Shown here: piece after piece, positions 52,560 through 64,000 of the stretch
Layout: each line of letters starts with the position of its first letter
How positions within the stretch are numbered: position 1 is the first letter of the stretch
Assembly: GCF_004010195.1 (NCBI RefSeq)
Contig: NC_057718.1
Span: 50,174,450-50,238,449, forward strand
DNA length: 64,000 bases
Direction: 5' to 3'
Source: Chiloscyllium plagiosum
Lineage: Eukaryota
Position numbers and translations under genes: made by a program
The notes under the pieces: generated by a model
Databases searched by the model: none
The model's input: only the letters and a program-made list of their open reading frames with translations
What the model was told of the DNA's origin: nothing

Positions 52560-54160
52560 TTTTTTTTATGCCTTCCAATTAATAATTTCTCTGGTGAGTA
52601 TCCAACATTCAATGATATTTCTCTGTAATGAAGTAGAGCTAGTTCTCAGTCTGGAATCTGTAACTCCATGGTTTTGACTGCCCCCTCTGCATCTCTGCTG
52701 ATAACTATTTCCATCATGACTTTCCTGAAATCCTCATTCACAAATTGAGGTCCATTGTTCGATACTTAACCTGCGAAACTGCATATTACTAAGATTCATT
52801 TCAATGCTCTGATAACTGAGTCAGCTGTGGTTACAAGATGATTTTTTAATTCAGTTATGCAACTTACTAATGCACCTTCCTCTTGAAATCAAACAAATCT
52901 GTTGTTAGCCTTTCTCATGGCTTGTTCAAAAATCTTGATAAAATAATTGGCTCTATACTGTATATGGCATGCATGTTGAAATGTAATCCTGTACATCTTT
53001 GAAATGCCTTGTCAGTAAATTGCTGGTTGTGTTATTGCTCTGTGCTCCATAATATCTAGATATTCTCTAAAGAGTTTCTGTTTCTGGAGAATTTTTCTTC
53101 ACATTGACTGCGGTATAAATATTCCATGGCCAAAAACCAATAAAACTTCCAATGTTGGCAACTGTTATGTCTGCTTATGCTTTCTTTTTCAGCGCACTGC
53201 CAACTGGACTATACTTCAACCACCCTTGCACACACAGTTGTTTGACCTCTGCTCATTCCTGATTAGATTTTGAGCTGCACAAATTTCTCCATCAGTTGCC
53301 AGTGTATTAATTATGAACATGGAATAAAACATTATGTTTTCTTCAAGAATAAAATCCTCTTTTACTGCTTGATCTATTATTGTACTTGAGAGAGTATTGG
53401 ACATTACTTGTGCCTTGCTTAGAAACATAAACAATGATATTGTTATATTTCATTTGTCTAAGCCTGAATTTTTGTATTCATTCAGGCATTTTTGAGATTT
53501 ATTTTAATTCCAATAATATTACAAAAAACTTATGATCTATCTTGATTCCTAGAATTTCAATTCTGTGAAAGAGTTTGCAGACTTTTATCATCATCATGAA
53601 ATATTACCATTGACCTTTCTATGGTTGGATATCTCTGTTCAGTCTCTGTTAAAGCTTTTGATATAAAATAAACACATTTTTGTATTCAATTCATTTTCAT
53701 TTAGATAAGCCCTGCTTCTAAACAGATAGAGGATACATTTACAGCTATAATAGTGAACAAAACATGAATGCAATGTGCCAGGACATTAGTTGAAAGTAAC
53801 TTCTGCTTCTCAGCTGCCGTCTGTTCCTAAATCTATGACCATTGCTGGGCTTCCTTAAAAAACCCTGTTAATGGTTGAATAAGACTGGCTAAGTTGCAGA
53901 TAAACTTTCCTATTTAATTCACAATGTCCAAAAATTATTGTACATCGTTTATGCACATCAGTGCCAGTAAATCTCTGGTGGCCTTTCAATTCCTTGAATG
54001 CACCATAATGCCTTGTTCTTGGATTATGTGTCCAAGAAATATAATCATTCTAGAGAATTAATATTTCACCTTTAGTGTGCATTCTTGAATTGTGTAGTGC
54101 CCTTAGCATATCCCTGATACCCTGGCCATGTTCCTCTTTCATGCACTTGAATGCTATCCA
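52560..54160 (-). pseudogene. Highly decayed conventional Gypsy pol fossil (RT then integrase)
   Basis: IFLGHIIQEQGI and FLDIVN*IGKFICNLASLIQPLT (RT end, about 53850-54045); VSNNGPQFVNEDF (integrase core, about 52725-52765). Confidence 0.6.
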
Positions 54161-55072
54161 CAGGCTGATTGGGTGTAACTGCTCCTTCGTATATGAGCCT
54201 GAAGATGTTTTATATTCCTGAAAGTACTGCTTCCAGCGCTCCCACTTCTGGCCTCAGTGTAGTGTAATGGATTACATAGTTTTCCTTTTTGAACTCTAAA
54301 CTGGAATAGTTCAGTGCTGCTCCGTAGCTCAAATACCAAAAGAGTTTTGGAACTTGGAAAAAAATCAAGTGGTGCACAACTTTTAGTTTTTTTTGGCGAA
54401 GTGCCAGTTACATTGAGTTTTTTGAAGGGTTTCCCTGTGTCAGACCTGGTAAGAGTTTTCACTGGATCTTACAAAATCTGTCTCATTATCTACCTATCAC
54501 AAACCAGTGACACTCCCTTTAATCTCATTCTCGTCCACTTTAATAAGTACCTTTCATGAAACCACTCTCCAGAGCGCAGATATCCCAGAACTGACCAACA
54601 TCGCTGGTGCTATCTTAGAAGCCTGTTGTACACCTGGATAAGCACTATTAGTCTGGAGCTGCCCTGCACAGGTCCTGACATTTGCCTCAGTTATGGCACA
54701 CAAGGGAAACTGGCTGCCCCATCTTGTGGCCATGGATCTGGAGCCCCTGCTGGACAGGATGGCATGAAGCAGGGATGTTGCCTCCTTCCAGGACCAAAGG
54801 ATGCCAGAACAACAGATCATGCTAAGCTGGTTTGAAGTATACACTTAGGGCAGTGTTCTCTCAGCTGTCTGGAGGAATACAGACAATGTTGGAAGACTGC
54901 CAGTGATCTTCTCCACTTTTCCAACTTTCATGAACTAGAACGTTATCCATAGGCTGATGCGGTGTAACTGCTCCTTCATATATGAGCCTGAAGCTGTTTT
55001 ATATCCCCGAAAGTACTGCCCTCAGTGCTCCCATTTCTGGTCTCAGTGTAGTGTAAGGGATTACATAGTTTT
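54136..55072 (+). repeat. Pair of about 148-bp direct repeats (54136-54283 and 54925-55072)
   Basis: ctttcatg...tatcca.aggctgat..ggtgtaactgctccttc.tatatgagcctgaag...gattacatagtttt occurs twice with scattered mismatches. Confidence 0.85.
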
Positions 55073-55387
55073 ACATAGGATTATATAGTCACTATCTTCT
55101 CGGTAAGACCTCACATTTACACTATCTCTGCTGCCTTATCCACTTCCCACCAAGGCTCAAGCTCTACCATTCTCACAACTGTCTGTACCATCTTCCCTCC
55201 CTCACTCTTATCCACCACAAGCTCCCAACATCACTAATTCTGCATGTCCTCTGTACTGCCTACCCATTCACCCAGAGCACTGCTCTACCTGCACCAAGTA
55301 TTATCCATTTTTATCTTCCTTCATACTTGACTCCCTTTCATTCCAGGACAAGAAAGGTGCCCGTAATAAGGCAAAAAGAATCACATT

Positions 55388-55705
55388 TTGTTTGGATTAG
55401 ATTCCCCACAGCATGAAACTGGCCCCTTCGGCCCAATAAGTCCACAACAACCTTCTGAAGAGGAACCCACTCAGGCCCATTTCCCTCTGAATAATGCATC
55501 TAACACTACGGGCAATTTAGAATGTCCAATTCACCTGACCTGCACATCTTTGGACTGTGGGAGGAAGGTGGAGCACTCAGAGGAAACCCACACAGACACA
55601 GGGAGAATATGCAAACTCCACAAAGACAGTCGCCCAAGGTTGGAATCAAACCTAGGTCCCTGGTGCTGTGAGGCAGCAGTGCTAACCACTGAGCCACAGT
55701 GGGCT
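55388..55705 (-). mobile_element. HE1-type SINE
   Basis: Reverse complement of the HE1 head, V-domain and tail. Confidence 0.88.
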
Positions 55706-56850
55706 GCCTGACATTCTCCCATTATGTGGACAACATCCTGACACTGAACACCATCGACTGTGTCCAAACCCCTGGACTGTTGTCAGAGGCTGCCCTTGAT
55801 TCACAGTGCCAAGATCTGTGAGTGAAGGCTATCTCCCTTTGCAAGGACAGCTGCCATGAATAACAAGCTTCCTTCCTTAGTGCCTGTGCTAAACTGCACA
55901 GCAGTATAGCAGTACTGTGAACCTAGTATTGCTGGTTAAGGGGGGGCAAGCAGAAAGGTAAGTCAAGGCAATGCAAAGCAGGGATGCAGGGAGCATGCAG
56001 GAAGGCACAGAGTGAGTGAGCACAGTGACAGCAAGTGGAAAGGTAGCCTGGTCCAGGCCATGAGCTGAGTCCATGCCCCTGAGCACACAGTGTTCTTGCA
56101 GCAGCATTTCAATGACAGTTGCAATTGCACCCTGAGATGCAGCATTGTAATGCGCTGTAAATGAATTGGAGATGTGCCATGAGAGTTCTTAAATGCTGCC
56201 ACATGTCAGATACCAATGTACCTTTGGGTACAGGAGCATGCCCTGAGTTGACAGTACCTGGTGTCCTACATAGAGATACTTTAGGAGCAAGCAACAAGCT
56301 GAGGTTATCAAGTACCTGCTCTTGTCAAAAATTCTCAATGTCTACATTGGCACATTTGGTAAGATGGAAAGCTGAATATTAATGATGTGAGTTGTGCAAT
56401 TAATAGGGTGAGTAACAAGCAATCATCCCTGTCATTTGGCAACTTGCCTCTGCCTGCTGAGAAATTCACCTCACCACTCAGCAAATACAAAAGAGATGCT
56501 GCAGATTGATTAGATTAGATTACTAATTAGATGCTGCAGATTGCTCCCAATGCAAGATAGGTCTTCCTCATACTGACTCCCTTACTCTCTTTGAACCCCT
56601 CAACATTCAACTAACCCCTGACTCCACAATTAACCATGAATCCCTGACTACCCTCTAACCTGACTACCCCACCTGACCCTTCAACTACCCTCACATGACA
56701 ACTGCCGAAAATGACCTGGTTAGTTGTTATCCTAGCCTTATCATACTCCAAAACACCTACCCAGTTCACAAATCTGCCACCCTGCCTGCATCACCAGTCT
56801 GCCATCCTGCCACCTGCAATCCTACTTACAATTGATTCATCCACCAATCT

Positions 56851-57125
56851 GGAAATGTGTTGCTGGAAAAGTGCAGCAGGTCAGGCAGCATCCAGGGAAC
56901 AGGAGAATCGACGTTTCGGGCATAAGCCCTTCTTCAGGAATCGGCTTATGCCCGAAACGAGAAGCTCTTCAGCCACATTCTCAAACAGACTCGCTACCAC
57001 AGCCACATCTCCTTCCTCAGCACCTGCCTACATTCCTGAAGAAGGGCTTATGCCCGAAACGTCTATTCTCCTGTTCCCTGGATGCTGCCTGACCTGCAGC
57101 GCTTTTCCAGCAACACATTTCCAGC
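56851..57125. mobile_element. Penelope-derived fold-back insert (family A) with an ORF fragment in the loop
   Basis: Hammerhead cores on both strands (about 56910-56937 minus, 57036-57063 plus). Exact duplication tcatccaccaatct (56837, 57126). Confidence 0.88.
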
Positions 57126-57418
57126 TCATCCACCAATCTACCAGTTACTAAGCTGCCACGCCACTACTTAACTTATCAGCGAGCCTGCCTATCTATCACT
57201 CTAACCCCACCCCCATCATCCAATCTACTGTTACACATGTGCTACCCAAACCTCCTACCCATCTAACACCCTTGCGACCCTACTCTCTTACCTTCCCTCT
57301 AGCTTTCCAAAGAAACTTTGGAACATTCAAACACTTTGGCAGGCATTGGTATGTTTTGAAAGGTTCTCCACAAGAGGAATTGATCAGAATGATTGGAAGC
57401 AGGTCAGTGTGTGGCTTT

Positions 57419-58146
57419 TGTTACAACATAGGGTAAGCCATTCTGCTAATTTAAACCAAACACACAGAAAAGTTCACCTCGGCTCATAGTCTGTAAAAGT
57501 ATGAGTAACAAAGAACAACCAAATCCCACTATTTAAAGAAAAAAAACAATTTGTTTTTTAACTCCAAGAAAAAAAGAAAACATTAACAACTATCTACACT
57601 GTAAACCTCCTTTGTCTTAACAATTTATCTACATCCCACCCTACAATACTATACTGATCCGATAAAACCTCTGATTAAGCTTTACAAAAAAATTCAAATT
57701 TCAAATTTCAGTTGTGTCGATTGACCTCTGCATCTTCCTCTGTAGATTCTTATGGGTCTTTTCTTCAGTCTTCTGCTGCACAGATTTTATATAAACAGAT
57801 ACCTTTCAGACAGCGGTTCTGCAAGCAGTCTGCGTTTATTGGTGCTCTTTGCCACTCTGGCTAACTTTTCAAAATGCCCCATATTTACATCCAAAAACAT
57901 TGGATTGTCTCATTGGTTTAATGTTGTCAAGACAGTAAAATTCAAATTCGATTGGACTTTTGTATCTTGGGGCTAATTTAAACTGATCAGCCAAATTCAA
58001 ATTTGTTGTGCACTATAGCAACAGCACAGCTATTTGTTTCACAGCCAAATGTTACATTTTTAATTTTTTTCAGCACACACTCTGTGTTTGTTAAGCCAGC
58101 TTTCACACTCTCTTAAAGGTACAGTACATGCCTACACCTTCATAAA
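57419..58146 (-). mobile_element. Solo LTR, same family as 28459-32664
   Basis: Reverse-complement match to the split LTR; 4-bp TSD CTTT (57415, 58147). Confidence 0.85.
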
Positions 58147-59040
58147 CTTTTGTTTGAACAAGATGAAAGATGGAGAGTGCAATTTTCTGGGAGGCAGGCA
58201 ATAAGACAAGTTTCCCTAAAGTGATTAAACTTTCGCTGGTAAGTTCATAGAACTTTTCAGGTGGGTTAAACTTTTATTTCATTCATGAACATGTCATGAA
58301 CATTTAGTAACAGTACACATCCTAGTGGAATTATGTTCAGGGTTGTAATTTTGTTAGCCAATAATTTGAAAGATGTCAGTTCACAAGCAGACTACACATA
58401 TGCATGTATTTGATTCTCCAGTGAGTACAAACATCTTCTGTTACTTGCCTCCTTCAAAACTGAGTCACTTCCTTATGTAAATGTTTACAGTGTGGGAGTG
58501 AAGCCCTTCAACGTTGATCAACTCTTGAGAAGTCCCAGTCATATGTAGTATGGCTTGTGGTTTCTAAAAACACTTGCAGTGTGAGAAGTGAAGTCTGACT
58601 TGGCCAACAAGCCCACCCAAGAGAGACAGATACATTGGCTGATGCCAGCAAACCTGACCAGGGAAAGCAAGCGAGACTGAACTCAAAAAACCATCTTTGT
58701 CCCATGCAAGCTGCTGGTGAAAAGATATCAGAGCTCTACATCCTCCTGGTTGTGATGAAAGATCAGAAACTTAATGGTGCTTGAGTTGCTGAATGTTGTA
58801 GCTCCTTTAATGTTTTACTTGTGATCATTTGTAGGTGTTTGAAAGGCAGTATCACTATGGTACCAGTAGTGCTATATTGGTAGGTTTAACAAGGTTACAG
58901 AAATAACTTGCCCATGAGGTATCTGAGGGAGATGCCTGGCACCCTATCTCCCCCGAAGTTTTGCAGTGCTGCACGTTTGCAACCTTACAATGTTAACTCA
59001 ATCTTATAGGAGCATGAAACATTCACTAGAAAATGGCATG

Positions 59041-59278
59041 TGAAATTACTCCACAGATACTGATATCCTGTCACCAAGTCACTCCTCATTTACATGTAGA
59101 GAGTCCTTGACACTGGTCTAGTTCCCTCAGAGCCAGCTCTCAGAGAGAACAGCATGTCTGGCACTCCAGTTTATACCTGTACCAGCCAGGGCTCCCTAAC
59201 TGGACCAGGTTAACAGCCCCAATCAGGGAACTCATATTCTATGGGGTCCACTTAGCTGACCTTGTTACAATCACCACA
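59041..59278 (-). mobile_element. Short solo LTR (238 bp)
   Basis: TG...CA ends, 5-bp TSD GCATG (59036, 59279); second copy at 43884-44642. Confidence 0.88.
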
Positions 59279-59726
59279 GCATGTACTCTGGAAAAGCACA
59301 GCTTGGTTTCTGTCATCTCTTGGGCTGAATGGGGATGATGAGCAGAGGCCGAATGATTCTCCTGAGCTGCTGAGAGTGCAGTGCTATCCGGGTGCCTTTT
59401 AAATATGGCATCCAAATGTTGGCACCCGGAATTATGTGTCCGTAAAATTTGACATTTTACCCACACATGAATATGTATTGAATTGGGAAAATTGTAATTG
59501 TGTGGGGAAACTCACCCTTCCCACCAAACTCCTCACCTCCATCCCAACAGAAGTCCCTCCCACCTTTTGGGCCCACGATGATGCCCAGCCTCAGAAGAGA
59601 AAATTCTGCGCAGGGTTTCTGACTCTGATTGAAAGATCATAAGCAAATGAACAAACATTAACAGTGAATGAAAAAAGAAACACATTCTTTTTCTCAAACA
59701 AAAGATTGCAAAGTTAATTTACTCAC

Positions 59727-59801
59727 ATTTCATTAAGACTGGGTAGATTGACAAAGGTATTTTCTTCAATATTCTCCAGAATATCATTCTGTAGTAGCCA
59801 A
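59727..59801 (-). CDS. fshr: Internal coding exon (exon-3 equivalent) of a glycoprotein hormone receptor, FSHR-like LRR ectodomain
   Basis: Minus strand: ...tttttgcaattgccag|T TGG CTA CTA CAG AAT GAT...AAT GAA AT|gtgagt. 75 nt, phase 2/2, translating to [24 protein letters not shown](I). Matches human FSHR [25 protein letters not shown] as recalled. The exon is well supported; the orthology (symbol) is tentative. Confidence 0.88.
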
Positions 59802-60179
59802 CTGGCAATTGCAAAAACAGAAGTTAAATGAGATTACAAATCAAACCAATACAAATAGGAACAATCACTGTTTTTAAAGGCTTTACTTGCCATAAAGCTA
59901 TAAGCATTACAGTATCATAAAATCACAGTTATTACAATGCAGAGGGAGGCTCTTCAATCCATCCTGGCACTCCAAAGAAAGACTGTTCATAATTATCATT
60001 TAACTGTTATCTCTACAATTTAAATTCGAAAGGTCATGAACTTCAGCAGGGAATTAACAAGATTTCCTCTTGAAGAGCAGTTCTACTCAGTTAATTGTGA
60101 AAGCAGCTGAAACTGATACTGCTGTATTGGGTCAGCCAGGCCTTTTGCATTCATAGCATATGATACAAACAGCAGGGTT

Positions 60180-60290
60180 GCTGTTGTGCTGCAGTGGTAG
60201 TGTCCCTACTGATGGACTGGGAAGCCACGGTTCAAGTCTCATTTGCTCCAGACGTGTGTAAATGAACATCTCTGAAAGGTTCATTAGGAA
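60180..60290 (+). mobile_element. Short tRNA-derived SINE-like element (second copy on the minus strand at about 50162-50268)
   Basis: A-box-like tgctgcagtgg and B-box-like ggttcaagtct; two related copies in the window. Confidence 0.55.
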
Positions 60291-60386
60291 AGTAGGTTAA
60301 ATAATTTTTTAAAACACAAATAACCAATTTGGTGTGACTTAAAAACTTGAGTGCTAAGAGCTGGGTGATTAAGGGGCTTGGGAGAA

Positions 60387-60707
60387 GGGGCAGCATGGTG
60401 GCTCAGTGGTTAGCCACTGCAGCCTCACAGTGCTGGGGACACAGGTTTGATTCAAGCCTCAGGTGACTGTCTGTGTGGAGTTTGCACATTCTCCCTTTGT
60501 CTGCATGGGTTTCCTTCGTGTGCTCCAGTTTCCTCCCACAATCCAAAGATGTGCAGGTCAGGTAAATTGGCTATGCTAAATTGCCCATGGTGTTAGGTGC
60601 ATTAGTCAGAGGGAAATGGGTCTGGGTGGGGTTACCTTTTGGAGGGTTGGTGTGGACTTATTGGGCCGAAGGGCCTGTTTCCTCACTGTAGGGAATCTAA
60701 TCTAATC
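60387..60707 (+). mobile_element. HE1-type SINE
   Basis: Full head, V-domain and aatctaatctaatc tail. Confidence 0.9.
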
Positions 60708-60719
60708 AGAAGCAGGAAA

Positions 60720-62560
60720 GAGGTGTTCCTTTGTTCTTCATTTATCTAACATTTTCAGCCTCCACAAATTGGTTCTTAGTTACGGGAGAAGATATTAAAT
60801 ATTTGGTGTGTATCTGGTGAATGGTTTATTCTGAGGTTAAGGTTAATTACTTAATTGAATACAATAATTAGGTACTAAATTAGAGCACATTAATGATAGC
60901 AGGAAGAGTGATGTTTCCCAGCTGCAGCATGAGAGAGCTCCTGGATGGCAGTAAGATCCAAGTCAGCTGCAAGTGCTTGAAGTTTGAACAGTGCTTTTGG
61001 GCTGGTGGCTGAACTATCAATATCAGGAGAAAGACTGCTACCTGCATTCATTGTACCTGCAGACTTTCCCACCTCTTAAGATAGACTCTTTTGATCTTGT
61101 CAGTGTTTGGGAACAAAGGAATGAAACTGCAAATGGGGCAAGTAAGGGAGCCCAGGTGGTAGGGGCACAAGAACCTCTGCCTTTGCAATTGTCCAACAGG
61201 TTTAAAGGTCTTTAAGGTGTTTGCATGAGTAGGACCTACAGAGTGGATGAGCTTACTGACGATGGCACTATGGTCCAGGAAGTTGCTCAAAAGAGAGAGT
61301 AAAATGGAATATCAAGGCCTTAAGGAGTAGTACATGCAGAGGGATAGACACCATTCTCAGCAGCAAACACCTGGAATTCCAATAACTATTGTCTGCCTGG
61401 GGCTAGGGTCTGAGGGGGGGGGTCCTGTTCAGAACTGAAGGGAATGGATTCAGTCATTGTGATCCATGTAGGTACCAATTACATAGAGGACAAGAAGGTG
61501 CTTGAAATGATCAGTATGAAGACCTACAGAAATTAAGAAAGAGAATATTGAAGACCAAAATCTCTGGATATCATCTGTACAATTTGCAAATTGGCATACG
61601 GCAAATCAGATTAGGGTGGTGAACATATCGGTCAAAGATTGGTGTTTGAGAAATAGCATTGGCACCCATACAAGGGACACTTGAACTGTGCTGGGACCTA
61701 TGTTTTTGAAAATTGCCTAAATAGAGACTAGAGAGGATTTTAAACTAAATAGTGTGGGCAAGGGATCAAATTTGTGAAGATGTCATAATCAAAGAGTAGA
61801 GATAAGGCAAATCCTTAGGGCTGAAGAGAAGTGGTAAGTTAGGTGTTGATATCTTGATAATTTTACAAAACTCTATAGATACTGAGCAGGTACTATTAGA
61901 TTGGAAAATAGCAAAAATAATACTTTTTTTCAAAAAGGGAGGGAGACAGAAAGCAAAACAGGCCAACTAGTTTAATATCTGTGAATTGGGAAATGTTTTA
62001 CAGAAGTTATAACAAGGCACTTAGATAAGTTCAAGGTAATTATCAAAGGGAAATGATGTTTAAACAATCTATTGGAAGTCTTTGAGGAAGAAATATATGA
62101 TGTGGATAAAGGGAAACAGTGGATGTACTTAGATTTACAAAAAAACATTTGTTGTAGTGCCATATTAAAGGTTATTGTAGAAAATGAAAATTAATGGTAT
62201 AGTGAGTGATTTGTTAACATGATCAGATTGTCTCCTCTTAAGTAGCCAGAAGATATGTAAAACTTGGTCAATGTGTCAACCTGAATCAAATCAGTGTGCT
62301 GCAGGGACCAGTGCTCAAGCCTCAAATGTTACAATTGATATAAATGACTTAGATGAAGGCATGGAATGTATAGTTGTCAAATTTGTTGATGGCACGCAGG
62401 TAGGAAAGGTGTATAGAAAACCTTAGAAGATGACAAATTATAGAACAAGTCAGGAGAATCTGGCAAATTGGGTATAATGTGAGAAAACATGAAATTGTCC
62501 ATTTTGGGAGGAATAATAAAGATATTTAGTTAAATGATGAGAATGCAGTTCAGGGATGTG
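60720..62560 (+). mobile_element. Old, deleted CR1 LINE (ORF1 and RT remnants), followed by an HE1 3' fragment at about 62566-62690
   Basis: PLQLSNRF, CLPGARV, IHVGTN and DWKIAKIILFFKKG remnants. Confidence 0.65.
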
Positions 62561-62754
62561 TAGGTTAAGTGCATTGGTCAGGGGTAAACATAGGATAGTA
62601 CGGGAATGGGTCACTGTTTGGAGGGATAGTGTGGACTTGTTGGGCCAAAGGGCCTGTGTCCACACTGTAGGGATTCTAAGTTCTAAGTTCATAAATTGCA
62701 AAGGATCTAGATTTACTGCGCACAAATCATGAGCAAAAGTGGGCACGACACTAG

Positions 62755-64000
62755 TTATAGATAGATAGAATATTACATTGCAGTGCAGGCCCTTCGGCCC
62801 TCGATGTTGCACTGACCTGTGAAACGAATCTGAAGCAAATCTAACCTACACTATTCCATTCTTGTCCATATGTTGATCCAATGACCATTTAAATGCCCTT
62901 AAAGTGGGTGAGTCTACTACTATTGCAGGCAGTACATTCCACACCCTACTGCTCTCTGAGTAAAGAAACTACCTCTGACGTCTGTCCTACATCTATCACC
63001 CTTCAATTCAAAGCTATGTCCTATCGTGCTAGTCATCACCATCTGAGGAAAAAGGCTCTCACTGTCCACCCTATCTAACCTTCTGATTATCTTCTATGTC
63101 TCAATTAAGTCACCTCTCAACCTTCTTCTCTCTAACGAAAACAGCCTCAAGTCCTTCAGCCTTTCTTCATAAGACCTTCCCTCCAGACTAGGCAACATCC
63201 TTTCGAAAGCTTCCACATCCTTCCTATAATGCTGTGACCAGAACTGTATGTAATATCCCACGTGCAGCCACAACACAGTTTTGCAAAGCTGCAGCATGAT
63301 CTCATGGTTCCGAAACTCAATCCCTCTACCAATAAAAGTTAACACACTGTATGCCTTCTTAACAACTTTATCAACCTGGGTGGTAACTTTCAAGGATCCA
63401 TGTGCGTGGACACAGATCTCCTGCTCATCTGCACTACCAAGAATCTTACCATTAGCCCAATACTGTGCATTCCTGTTATTCCTTCCAAAGTGAATCACCT
63501 CACACTTTTGCACATTAAACGTCATTTGCCAGCCCAGCTCTGCAGCTTATCTATGTTCCTCTGTAACCAACAACATCCCTCAGCAATATCCAGAACTCTA
63601 CCGACCTTACTGTCATCTGCAAATTTACTAACTTATCCTTCTATACCCTCATCCAGGTCATTTATAAAAATGACGAACAGCAGTGACCCCAAATCAGATC
63701 CTTGCAGTACACCACTAGTAACTGAACTCCAGGATGAATATTTCCCATCAACAACCACCTTCTGTCTTCTTTCGGCTAGCCAATTTCTGACCTAAATCAC
63801 TCTCAATCCCATGCCTCCATATTTTGTGCAATTGTCTTACTGAAATCCATATGCACCACATCAACCACTTTACCTTCATCCACCTGTCTGATCATCTTTG
63901 CACAGAATTCAACAAGGTTTGTGAGGCATGACGTACTCTTCACAAAACCATATTGACTATCCCTAATCAACTTATTCCTTTCTAGATGATTATAAATTCT
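62755..64000 (-). mobile_element. CR1 LINE 3' part, running off the window
   Basis: ORF 63094-63525(-) FNVQKCEVIHFGR...LFSLERRRLRGDLIET; SKFADD near 63612-63630. Confidence 0.9.

Noticed and set aside
1..64000. CRISPR arrays, operons, rRNA or other prokaryotic systems
   Set aside because: No regularly spaced repeat-spacer arrays or dense ORFs; the content is vertebrate intron and repeats. Most short ORFs in the track are antisense or off-frame readings of repeats.

Overview
Eukaryotic, repeat-dense genomic DNA from an elasmobranch (shark/ray). The taxon is inferred from HE1-type V-SINEs and their CR1 partner LINEs; the species cannot be proven from sequence alone. The only host-gene coding sequence I can support is two 75-nt, phase-2 leucine-rich-repeat exons on the minus strand (59727-59801 and 16395-16469). 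They splice in frame into a glycoprotein-hormone-receptor ectodomain segment most like FSHR exons 3-4 and are separated by a 43.3-kb intron, so the whole window is probably intronic. Neither exon appears in the supplied ORF track. The rest is a nested transposon landscape: CR1 LINEs of several ages (one with an open 477-aa RT region), a full-length decayed Gmr1-like Gypsy element (SCAN-like gag, integrase before RT), solo LTRs, a fossil Gypsy pol, Harbinger remnants, a TA-flanked MITE and SINEs. About ten short Penelope-derived inserts, most of them fold-backs, have 12-17 bp target duplications, and several carry minimal hammerhead ribozyme cores. The most unusual items are the divergent receptor exons, a stack of four poly(A)-tailed inserts at one TATA-like site of a solo LTR, and the hammerhead-bearing palindromes. 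Two N-gaps are present (27225-27273, 30260-30412). Repeat boundaries were read by eye and may be off by some bases unless a TSD is quoted.
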